Shown here piece after piece: positions 26,711 to 34,608 of a stretch of 34,608 bases of DNA. The notes below the pieces were generated by a model, which was not told the origin of the DNA, searched no databases, and saw only the letters and a list, made by a program, of their open reading frames with translations. Every line of letters begins with the position of its first letter. Position 1 is the stretch's first letter. Both the position numbers and the translations under genes were made by a program. The stretch is taken from NCBI GenBank assembly GCA_038890615.1, contig JAWAFI010000005.1:1-34608 (forward strand), written 5' to 3'. The stretch comes from Candidatus Anstonellales archaeon (GTDB taxonomy: Archaea > Micrarchaeota > Micrarchaeia > Anstonellales > J096).

Positions 26711-27648
26711 CAATCTGCGAAACAGTAGATATAGCAGAAAGCTTTGCCCAATCCCTTGTTGACAGCGGAGTGGGCACGATAATTTTTGCAACTGCTCTTT
26801 TGGTTATTGCAATAGCAGCGTTGCTCCAGATAGTAGGAAGGCTTATTGGAAAGGCTGAATATGTTGAGCTAAGCAAGGCAGAACTTTTCCAGCTCCTGTT
26901 CAGCTTCCTGCTCATCGCCTTAACCCCATTGTTTTTTTATTTCTTTTCAACAATTTTCTGCGCCTCATTTGAAATGGTCATGGACAGCCCCGGCTTCAGC
27001 GATGGGATTGATTCCAACTGCATGGAATCTTCTTCTTCAATAGCAGATTTTGGCATATGTGCAGTCAGGGAGGCCTCATACGAAGCAGAGCAGTACATAA
27101 AGCAGTTCATGGAAAAAAACATAAAATGGCTTAGAGACGCAAGGGTGCTTCGCACTTATTATTTTCTGCTAAAAGGCTCTGTAACAGTTGGCTACAACAC
27201 ACACAAAGCTGCATATGCCATACAGTATGACTTGCTAAACAACCTTGTGCTCCTTCCCTCACTTGTCTCTCTTAGGCTTCAGGAGATAGCGCTTTCTTAC
27301 GGCCAGCCAATGGCCCTGCTTGCCCTATTGCCTATAGGTATACTTTTCAGGATAATTCGCCCCTTAAGGGACATGGGGAACGCGATGTATGCTGTTGGCT
27401 TTGCCATATTCGCTCTGCTCCCAATGCTTTATGCCTTCAATGGACTTATGTACATATACTTGAAGGGAAGCTGCAACAATTATGAACCGTGGGTTAAGGA
27501 TTACGTGTTCGGGAAAACCTGCGAATCCATAGGGTTTTGGCATACAGGGGTTATTGCTTTCTCTGCTGTTTTCCTTCCCAATCTGGCAGGGGTCATACTT
27601 GCAGTGTTTATAAATGGGATGTACAAAGTGCTTAAGGAGCTGGGATAA
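26707..27648 (+). CDS. VirB6/CedA-like polytopic membrane protein, paralogue 2
   Basis: Motifs 'LSKAELFQL', 'LPIGILFRIIRPLRDMGNAMYAV..AIFALLP' and 'FLPNL'. ATGA overlap with the previous gene. Confidence 0.65.
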   Translation: MTICETVDIAESFAQSLVDSGVGTIIFATALLVIAIAALLQIVGRLIGKAEYVELSKAELFQLLFSFLLIALTPLFFYFFSTIFCASFEMVMDSPGFSDGIDSNCMESSSSIADFGICAVREASYEAEQYIKQFMEKNIKWLRDARVLRTYYFLLKGSVTVGYNTHKAAYAIQYDLLNNLVLLPSLVSLRLQEIALSYGQPMALLALLPIGILFRIIRPLRDMGNAMYAVGFAIFALLPMLYAFNGLMYIYLKGSCNNYEPWVKDYVFGKTCESIGFWHTGVIAFSAVFLPNLAGVILAVFINGMYKVLKELG

Positions 27649-30188
27649 TGAAAAAAGCGCTTTTGCTTTTGTTGCTCTTTGCTGCTGCTTTTGCAGCGCC
27701 TTCCATAACCACTTCAACCCTGCCCGAAGGGAAGGTTGGGTCTCTTTACAGCGCAACAGTGCAGGGCTCATGTGAAAAGCCCTGCTTTTTCATCGTTTCT
27801 GGGCTCCCCTACGGGCTTGTGTATTACCAGCCAGGCCCAGTTCCGAATTCCCTAGTTATAACAGGAGTTCCTCAATACGGCTATGAAGGAGAGGTTAAGG
27901 TAAAGCTTGTGGAAAACCTTTCAGTGGATAGGGCAGAGAAGAGCCTTACGCTTGTTATTGTTCCTCCTCTTTTTGCTGATTCTCCTCCGCCAAGCGTAAT
28001 AATCCCAGGGCAGGAGTATAAGTACCAGCTGATGGCTACAGGGGGAAGGGGCTCTTATTCTTGGGATGTTGTCTCATGCAATCTTCCTAGCGGAATAACC
28101 TTGGACTCATCTGGGCTTGTTAGCGGGATTGCAAGCGACAGCAACCCAGTTGGCACCTACCCCTGCCTTTTTGAGGTAACTGACAGTGATGGGGATTCAG
28201 CTCATTTTTACACTACCTTTTATGTTTCCTATCCAAAGGGGCATTTCAAGGAGGCCTCTGGGCTTCAGGAAATACTCACCTCCTGGCAGGTCCTTTCTAT
28301 ATTGATCCTTATGCTAACCGGGGCGCTTATTGCAGTTGCAATAATGCTGGGAAAAGCCTTCAGCATACCCACCCTTGCTTCTTGGGGCAATGTTGAGATA
28401 ACGCAGTTCTTTGTGACTGTTTTCATAGTAATAGGAATGATAGGAATACTTACTACCCTTGATGCAATTGTAGTTTCTCTGCTTGCAGGCACTCCCTATA
28501 AGATTGATGAAGGAGGAAACGCCACGCTTAGCATCCAGAAGTACGGGCATAACTACATTGACAAATTGATCAACAATACAAACAAGTTCGCCTCGCTTGC
28601 TTTTGAATCAAACTTTGAATCAGCAAAAAAGGCCTACAAAAGGGAAACTATATACTGCACAAACCTAATAAATGCAATCCCTTGCTTCCAATTTTCCGCT
28701 TCTTATGCCAAGGACGCTTACAGGGAGCTTGATATAGAATATTATTCTTATGTGGTGGGTGAGTTCAGCAACATCCTGACTTCCCTGCTAGCCCAAAAAT
28801 ACTTCCTTGATTTTGCCATAGAGATAGGGCCTCTCCTGCTTTTCATGGGAATTGTTATGAGAAGCTTCTTTGCAACGCGCTCCCTTGGAGGCACTCTTAT
28901 GGCCCTAGGGCTTGGGCTGTTTTATATTTATCCGCTTATGTATATAGTTGATATGGCAACCCTATCAATGACTTTCTACGGCCCTGATTCAATAGCCTCA
29001 ACCTCATCCTGCCCTGCCCCATGCTCTACACCCCTGCCTGTTGCTGTAAGGGTGACAGGCAATTACAACGTATCAATATTTGGCTCGGCAAAGCTTGAAG
29101 AGGCACTAGGGCCTTCTGCCTCTTCAAACCTGACTAGGGGTGTTTTGCAATGGCTTGATGTAGGCAGTTCACGCTACTATTCCTGCAAGAACCTTTCTTT
29201 TTCAGGGAAAGTTTTATGCCCAGACCAGTGTAGGTACCTGCCTTACCCAATAAAAGACGATTCGTGCATGGCGCCTGAAGTCCAAGAGGCCTGCTATGGC
29301 CTTAGGGAGGAGTGCAAGGTGAACTTACTTGACATGACCTACGCAAGCACAGGCCAGTGCCCTATTTCGTGCAAAGTGCATGCACCTATGAAGAACGACT
29401 GCTCTGAATGCATCTATGAAAAAGGCTCATACTCTAAAGTGCTGCCTAGCTACTGCAGGTACGCTTACAAGAACGGCACTTCAGTGGTGCCTGCTTGCGA
29501 TACTGATTACAAATCGCAGTGCTCATTCAACTTCAACAACCCATTCAAGAGTTGCATGTACATATTCCCAATGCCCAATACTGACTGCAATAAGGCATGC
29601 AGCACCTGCCCTGAATGGTATAGGATAACAGGGCTTGAGGAAAAGCCTCTTTCAGGAAGCATAACCCAGCAAATAAAGGAGTCCTGCGTATCTTGCCCTG
29701 ATGAGTGCAGGGTGAGCCCTAATGGAGAAACATTGAGCTCTGACCTATGCAACATTCCTTCCTGCAATGAGTGCCCGGAGCAGTGCAGGATAAGGGCTAA
29801 TGAGGGCTGGCTGGATGAAGACGAGTGCGATAGTGATGCCTGCAAGCAATGCCCGCTTGAATGCAAGTCATTCAAGCCTCCTGATGAGCCGTGCTCTGGA
29901 TGCCTTGTTGCTGACGAGAGGGAGATCTATTATCCCCCTATACAGCTTGAGTGCCCCTCTTTATGCTCAGGTAGCTCCAAAGAGACAGAGGCAAAGGTAG
30001 AGTCATTCCTTGCAAGGGGAGAGGAAGGCACTTACGGGAAGCCAGAACTTAAGACGCTTGGCAACTTGATGATAATGGCCTTCCTTCTTCCGCTTTTCAA
30101 TGTGTTCATTACACTGCTGTTCGTGAAAGCGCTTTCAGAGTTCTTCGGTGGAGATATAGAGTTGCCAGGTTTGCAGAAGGTGCTGTAA
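27648..30188 (+). CDS. VirB6/CedA-like membrane protein, paralogue 3, with signal peptide, two Ig-like domains and Cys-rich insert
   Basis: Signal peptide MKKALLLLLLFAAAFA. Ig-like motif 'PSITTSTLPEGKVGSLYS'. Family motifs 'WGNVEITQF', 'MGIVMRSFFATRSLGGTLMAL..GLFYIYP' and 'KALSEFFGGD'. Confidence 0.7.
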   Translation: MKKALLLLLLFAAAFAAPSITTSTLPEGKVGSLYSATVQGSCEKPCFFIVSGLPYGLVYYQPGPVPNSLVITGVPQYGYEGEVKVKLVENLSVDRAEKSLTLVIVPPLFADSPPPSVIIPGQEYKYQLMATGGRGSYSWDVVSCNLPSGITLDSSGLVSGIASDSNPVGTYPCLFEVTDSDGDSAHFYTTFYVSYPKGHFKEASGLQEILTSWQVLSILILMLTGALIAVAIMLGKAFSIPTLASWGNVEITQFFVTVFIVIGMIGILTTLDAIVVSLLAGTPYKIDEGGNATLSIQKYGHNYIDKLINNTNKFASLAFESNFESAKKAYKRETIYCTNLINAIPCFQFSASYAKDAYRELDIEYYSYVVGEFSNILTSLLAQKYFLDFAIEIGPLLLFMGIVMRSFFATRSLGGTLMALGLGLFYIYPLMYIVDMATLSMTFYGPDSIASTSSCPAPCSTPLPVAVRVTGNYNVSIFGSAKLEEALGPSASSNLTRGVLQWLDVGSSRYYSCKNLSFSGKVLCPDQCRYLPYPIKDDSCMAPEVQEACYGLREECKVNLLDMTYASTGQCPISCKVHAPMKNDCSECIYEKGSYSKVLPSYCRYAYKNGTSVVPACDTDYKSQCSFNFNNPFKSCMYIFPMPNTDCNKACSTCPEWYRITGLEEKPLSGSITQQIKESCVSCPDECRVSPNGETLSSDLCNIPSCNECPEQCRIRANEGWLDEDECDSDACKQCPLECKSFKPPDEPCSGCLVADEREIYYPPIQLECPSLCSGSSKETEAKVESFLARGEEGTYGKPELKTLGNLMIMAFLLPLFNVFITLLFVKALSEFFGGDIELPGLQKVL

Positions 30189-31148
30189 ATGTTGTTGCTA
30201 CTAGCTTGGCAAGCAGGCGCTGGCGCGGTGCTCATGTTAGCATTGGCTTTGGCCATAACGATCTATATGGCTTCGCACATCTTCGCCTCTCCTGAAGTAG
30301 AGGCAACCGCAAAGGCGGAGCTGTATGAAGCCATAAGCGCCATAATCCTTGTCGGGCTTCTTTCCATCCTAATAACAATGGCTGACAGTTTTTCAGCTGT
30401 TTTCACAGGAGGGGAAACGATGGTGAATGCTTCATACGCAATAACTTCTGCCCAGATGCAGGAAATAAATGCTATAATGGGCCAGGTTGAGAAAATTGCT
30501 TCAGTTGTGGGCAAGCTTTCAACCCAATTTGCGTTCTGCCAAATAGTAGGTTCGTCTATAAGCATCAGCATGAGCAACTGCGGCTCGTTCAGGACGCTCC
30601 TAAACATCCTTTCTGCGTCTGCACAGATAATCGCTGTAGCGCAGGTGCAGCTGGCAGGGCTCCAGATGCTTGTTGCTTTTGGGAGGGACTACGGCATAAC
30701 ATACATTTTCATGCTTGGGGCTCTTTTAAGGTGCTTCAGGGTTTCAAGGGGCGCAGGTGCTTTCCTGCTTGCGCTTGCTGTTTCCCTTTATTTCTTAGTT
30801 CCCCTTCTCATAGTGTTCACTGACCAGATAATAACATCTTGGGGGTTGAGCTATTTCCATGTGGAAAATACAGGCCAACTGCTGGCAAGGATGCAAAGCC
30901 TTTCAGATTACATTGCGGGCAGTGAGTGCAACCCATTTGAGAAGCCTGAGGTTGCAGAAGCCACTTTTACTGAAATGCTTTACAAGCTTATGGATGAGCA
31001 GTTTGTTGAGATGGCCATATACTTCTTCATATTCAGGGCAACGCTTCTTACAGTGATGGTCCTTTCTACTATCACGGTTGGCACAAGAGCTCTTGGCTCT
31101 GCCTTTGGGGCGGAGATAGACGTTTCTGGGATAGCGAGGCTGATGTGA
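30189..31148 (+). CDS. VirB6/CedA-like polytopic membrane protein, paralogue 4
   Basis: Motifs 'TAKAELYEA', 'LGALLRCFRVSRGAGAFLLAL..SLYFLVP' and 'RALGSAFGAE'. Confidence 0.65.
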   Translation: MLLLLAWQAGAGAVLMLALALAITIYMASHIFASPEVEATAKAELYEAISAIILVGLLSILITMADSFSAVFTGGETMVNASYAITSAQMQEINAIMGQVEKIASVVGKLSTQFAFCQIVGSSISISMSNCGSFRTLLNILSASAQIIAVAQVQLAGLQMLVAFGRDYGITYIFMLGALLRCFRVSRGAGAFLLALAVSLYFLVPLLIVFTDQIITSWGLSYFHVENTGQLLARMQSLSDYIAGSECNPFEKPEVAEATFTEMLYKLMDEQFVEMAIYFFIFRATLLTVMVLSTITVGTRALGSAFGAEIDVSGIARLM

Positions 31149-32269
31149 TGATTCCTCCTGACGACATCCCCTCTGGCCCTGAGCCCGGTGGATATTCCCC
31201 TATTAGCTGCGATGCTATTTCAGCTTCCTTGAATTCTGCTATGCCTGTGCTCTTCCTTTCCATATTCGTGGGGGTTGCGTTCATAATCCTCATTTACCTT
31301 CTGGGCCTTGTCTTCTCAAACAGGAGCACCTCCTCTTGGGCAAAAGTTGAGTTTATGGAGCTAATATTCACCTCCTTCTTTGTGGTAATTTTCTCCTATG
31401 CCCTCCCAATCTACTGTTCTATAGATGTTTCATCCCTCTACTCTTCATCAGGGTCAGGCGAGCCAATGTATTCGGCTGGCGAAAAAGCAATCCTGCGGCT
31501 TATGAAAATAAACAACGATGTCATAGATGTCAGCCGCTACCACTTGGGCGCCCTGAACCTTCTTGAAGCAACGAGCTTATGGACATGCGACACAGGCCAG
31601 AGCGGCTTCCTTGGTTTCTTTGCAAGCAACTGCTTCTTTGGGATGGGTGGAAGCGGCTACTCATACTTTGCAGGGTTCTCTGTGTTCAGCCAAGCGCTCT
31701 ACATGATTCTCCAGTCAGCTGTAATAGCAAAGGTATCCCTTATAATAAACCTCCTCATCCTTCGCCTTACTTATTCAGGGCTTTTCCTTTTCTTCTTCCC
31801 GCTTGGGCTCCTCATCCGCTCAGTACCGGGCATGAGGGTGGTTGGCTCTTTCATGGTTTCACTTCCTGTTGCTTTTCTCCTCATTTACCCCCTCGTAATG
31901 GCCACTTTCTATGACTACACAGACCACCTTCAGGATATAATAAAAAATAATATAAACCCTCCAGAGGTTGATTACGAAACCCTCGTCAGCGTTTCACACG
32001 ACAACAACGATGCTATATCCCTTGGTGGCCTTGCAGGCGGGCCATCAAGCGGAGATTCTTATTCAAGGGACATGTTCAAGAAGCTATTTGGGGAATACCC
32101 TGGGGAGTATACTGGCATTTCAAGGACTATTTCTTATGGGGCTGCCTCTTTTATAGCAGGCATCTTCATACCAAACCTTGCTCTGTTGGCAACAATAAGC
32201 ACGCTTTATTACCTAACAAGGGCGCTTGGCATAAATGTTGACCTCTCAAAACTAAGCTCCTTAATGTAA
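31145..32269 (+). CDS. VirB6/CedA-like polytopic membrane protein, paralogue 5
   Basis: Motifs 'WAKVEFMEL', 'PLGLLIRSVPGMRVVGSFMVSL..AFLLIYP', 'FIPNL' and 'LTRALGINVD'. Start may be ATG 31148. Confidence 0.65.
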   Translation: MMIPPDDIPSGPEPGGYSPISCDAISASLNSAMPVLFLSIFVGVAFIILIYLLGLVFSNRSTSSWAKVEFMELIFTSFFVVIFSYALPIYCSIDVSSLYSSSGSGEPMYSAGEKAILRLMKINNDVIDVSRYHLGALNLLEATSLWTCDTGQSGFLGFFASNCFFGMGGSGYSYFAGFSVFSQALYMILQSAVIAKVSLIINLLILRLTYSGLFLFFFPLGLLIRSVPGMRVVGSFMVSLPVAFLLIYPLVMATFYDYTDHLQDIIKNNINPPEVDYETLVSVSHDNNDAISLGGLAGGPSSGDSYSRDMFKKLFGEYPGEYTGISRTISYGAASFIAGIFIPNLALLATISTLYYLTRALGINVDLSKLSSLM

Positions 32270-32289
32270 ACCAAGCATATTTAGTGGCA

Positions 32290-32592
32290 TTATTGCTCGG
32301 ACTGCCTGTAGTCCCCCCTTATTGCTTTAAGGCGCGCCAAAAGAATGAGGAGCCTTCCAACCTCCTTTCCCTTCTCCTCCTGCCATTCGTCCCCTGATGC
32401 TCTTTTCTCTGTTGGGATGTAGCTTATGTTTATCTTAGCAAAATCCTTTTCATCAGTCTTTACTGAAACAGAGAAATCAACCCCTTCCTGCACGTTCCTT
32501 GTGCATTTCTCCCATATATCCTCTATCTCCTCTATCCTCTTTGAAAGCGTTTCCCTGCTCAAATCCCTTAAGTCAACAACTATATTAATCAT
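32290..32592 (-). CDS. Small hypothetical protein
   Basis: 100-aa ORF filling the gap, co-directional with and 7 nt after the upstream gene. Confidence 0.55.
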   Translation of the reverse strand: MINIVVDLRDLSRETLSKRIEEIEDIWEKCTRNVQEGVDFSVSVKTDEKDFAKINISYIPTEKRASGDEWQEEKGKEVGRLLILLARLKAIRGDYRQSEQ

Positions 32593-32599
32593 CTAATCC

Positions 32600-34036
32600 C
32601 TACCCATTCTTCACCACTGGGCCTCTTGGCTTTGGCACTTTGTTGTCTGCCTCTTTGTAGAATTCTTCCATTGCAAGCTTTTGGGCAACATTAGCAACAT
32701 TACTTACTATCCCTATGGATATTGCATCAGGAATATAGGATATCCTTTCAAACGCCTCTTTTTCACGATTGTTTAACTTAAATACCTCATCAAAATCGCT
32801 ATTCTCTATCTTCTCTATAATCTCTCTTTTATCATCAAGTTTTAAGTCTTGGAATTTTTCTAATAGTTTCAATAAACTTTCTATCTTTTCAGCATCGTCT
32901 TTATGCTCCTCCTTCCCCAACACCTTTTCAACATCTGCAACTATGCTTGCAACCATATCCAGCGGTATTTCTTTCAGTTCTTCAGGGTTTATGCCTGCTT
33001 GTTTCAATAAATCAGGATCCTTGTCTTTAAGCTGGTTGAGCTGGTTGACAATTTCGTTCCATTTATTCGCAAAATTGTTCAAATCATCTCCAAAACATTC
33101 AAGTATATTTTTTATATCTTTTTCATCAAGCTGCAACTCAACTTTGGCTGATGCGGTTGATGGTATGGATGGTGTGGCACTGACCTGCTGGGAAGGCGCT
33201 GCCCCCTCTTCAGGAGGCTTTTGCATCTCTAAATTAGCATTTGGAGGCTCATTTTCCTGGAATGTAAGTGGGGTGAGTTCTAATTTTTTTAACATATCAG
33301 CAAGTTTGTCTAGTTGTTCTTCTATGTACTTCGGTGCACTCTTATTATGATTTTTATATATATCACTAAACACTTCCTTAGTCAAATATTCTAAATCTAA
33401 AGCCTTTAACATTTCCGAAATTTTCTCTTGGCTAGGAGGATATTTCTTAATATGATCATCCATTAATTTTAGAAGCTCTTGAAGCTCCTGGGGTTTTTGC
33501 TTTTCGTTCTCAGGACTAACCACATTCTTTTGCTCCTTCGTCTTACCTTCTTCTGCCTCCTTCCCTTCCTTTTTCTTTTCATCATTCTTTTCCTCCCTCC
33601 TCCCTTTCTTCCGCTCCTCTTCTTTTTCTTCTTGTGGCTTTCTATTCTTCGCTTTTTCTCTTTCTGCTTCGTTTTTTATTGTCTCTCTACACAATTCAAG
33701 TTGCTTCTTAGCTCTTTCGTACAGCTCCTCTATTTGTTTCTGCTGTTTTTTTTCCTGCTCCTTCTTCATTTCCTCCATTTTTTTCATTTCCTTATTCTCA
33801 GTCTTTTTATTATCAATTTCTTGAGTTTGGGTGTGCTCGTTGGGCCCTACTTGACCTTTCGTTCCTAATACTTTTTTAACAATGGGCTCTTTATCTGGCT
33901 CTTTTTCTTTTTTTTCTCCAATATCTGGATTTTTTGGAGCAGAAGGTTTTCCTTGCTCTGCTTTTTTAGGTTCTGGAATTTTCGGCTTTTGTTCATCCAA
34001 AGCTTTTTTTTCTTCCTTGTTAAGTGCTTGTACCAT
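32600..34036 (-). CDS. Low-complexity Lys/Glu/Gln/Pro-rich, largely helical hypothetical protein
   Basis: 478-aa ORF with SD AGGTGAG. Charged, probably disordered N-terminal ~180 aa. No TM. Confidence 0.7.
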   Translation of the reverse strand: MVQALNKEEKKALDEQKPKIPEPKKAEQGKPSAPKNPDIGEKKEKEPDKEPIVKKVLGTKGQVGPNEHTQTQEIDNKKTENKEMKKMEEMKKEQEKKQQKQIEELYERAKKQLELCRETIKNEAEREKAKNRKPQEEKEEERKKGRREEKNDEKKKEGKEAEEGKTKEQKNVVSPENEKQKPQELQELLKLMDDHIKKYPPSQEKISEMLKALDLEYLTKEVFSDIYKNHNKSAPKYIEEQLDKLADMLKKLELTPLTFQENEPPNANLEMQKPPEEGAAPSQQVSATPSIPSTASAKVELQLDEKDIKNILECFGDDLNNFANKWNEIVNQLNQLKDKDPDLLKQAGINPEELKEIPLDMVASIVADVEKVLGKEEHKDDAEKIESLLKLLEKFQDLKLDDKREIIEKIENSDFDEVFKLNNREKEAFERISYIPDAISIGIVSNVANVAQKLAMEEFYKEADNKVPKPRGPVVKNG

Positions 34037-34044
34037 TCACTCAC

Positions 34045-34608
34045 CTATTTTTCCTCTTCTATTTTTTTAAGCATCTCCTTCATCTCATTTTCAAGCTCAG
34101 CAGGATACCAATAGAGACGCCTGTATATCTTACTTAAAGTTATATTTCCCTTATCATCTTTATCAAATTGGAACATCCCCCCCTGACTAAACATAAAGTG
34201 GTTCCTTGCCAAGGCATTCCTATAATCCTCAAGGATAAGCGATGGGTCCCCATCAAGAATTGCCTTCCAAACGGTGGGGGTTGTAGTGTCATAGTATATC
34301 TGGCCGTCATGCTCTTCTTTTCCTATTAAAGTAGAAGGGAAAACTGCACCTATCCCTACTCTTTCAAATTGTACATAAAATGGAGAAACAAGCTCTGCTG
34401 CCCATTCACTCCCATCTGCTTTTGTTGGATAAACAAGGAACAAGCCACCAAAATAAGTATCTAGGCTAGCCATCTTATCGTACACCCAGTCTCCGTATTC
34501 ATCTGGGTTTCTTCTTTCTTCTCTTATTGCAACTTCCTTTATATTTGGGCTTTTTCCGCTAAGCCTGTCCAATTCCTCTTTTGTGCCTTTTACATAATCA
34601 TAACCAGG
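34045..34608 (-). CDS. 5'-truncated hypothetical protein
   Basis: The frame stays open to the window end (PGYDYVKGTKEELDRL...), so the TTG at 34572 is probably not the start. Confidence 0.6.
   Translation of the reverse strand, partial: PGYDYVKGTKEELDRLSGKSPNIKEVAIREERRNPDEYGDWVYDKMASLDTYFGGLFLVYPTKADGSEWAAELVSPFYVQFERVGIGAVFPSTLIGKEEHDGQIYYDTTTPTVWKAILDGDPSLILEDYRNALARNHFMFSQGGMFQFDKDDKGNITLSKIYRRLYWYPAELENEMKEMLKKIEEEK

Noticed and set aside
29010..29966. Multiheme cytochrome or polyferredoxin in the Cys-rich insert
   Set aside because: No CxxCH motifs and no CxxCxxCxxxCP ferredoxin motif.
14975..32269. Integrated conjugative element or plasmid
   Set aside because: No integrase, relaxase, replication gene or flanking repeats were seen. 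The region is interleaved with serS and HARP and has host-like composition.
2187..34070. Many short antisense ORFs in the track (e.g. 6782-7504, 10954-11571, 21828-22310, 32769-33350)
   Set aside because: They are Ser/Phe/Leu-rich shadows of purine-rich genes on the opposite strand and have no independent motifs.
1..34608. CRISPR array, rRNA or IS element
   Set aside because: No regularly spaced direct repeats, rRNA-like sequence or transposase motifs were seen; the window is almost fully coding.

Overview
Archaeal chromosomal segment. Evidence: AGG/ATA-rich codon use, TATA boxes about 25-30 nt upstream of start codons, GGTGA-type SD motifs, an intron-containing tRNA-Tyr, split ADP-forming acetyl-CoA synthetase and protein-only RNase P. 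Gene content suggests a small DPANN-type, probably Micrarchaeota-like, genome; this is an inference. Housekeeping genes present: acdA/acdB, a shortened NFACT/RqcH, tRNA-His, tRNA-Tyr, ileS, a KaiC-like ATPase, a GT4 glycosyltransferase, prs, mscS, HARP and serS. The most notable content is a putative type-IV-secretion/Ced-like membrane machine in two parts: (i) a tightly coupled operon at 14975-21101 built around a VirB4/HerA-family ATPase with four uncharacterised partners, and (ii) a tandem array of five paralogous VirB6/CedA-like polytopic membrane proteins at 25469-32269, one carrying Ig-like domains and a roughly 34-Cys insert. No relaxase, integrase or CRISPR array was seen in the window. 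Both window ends truncate genes. All family calls come from motif recognition by eye; no database search was run.
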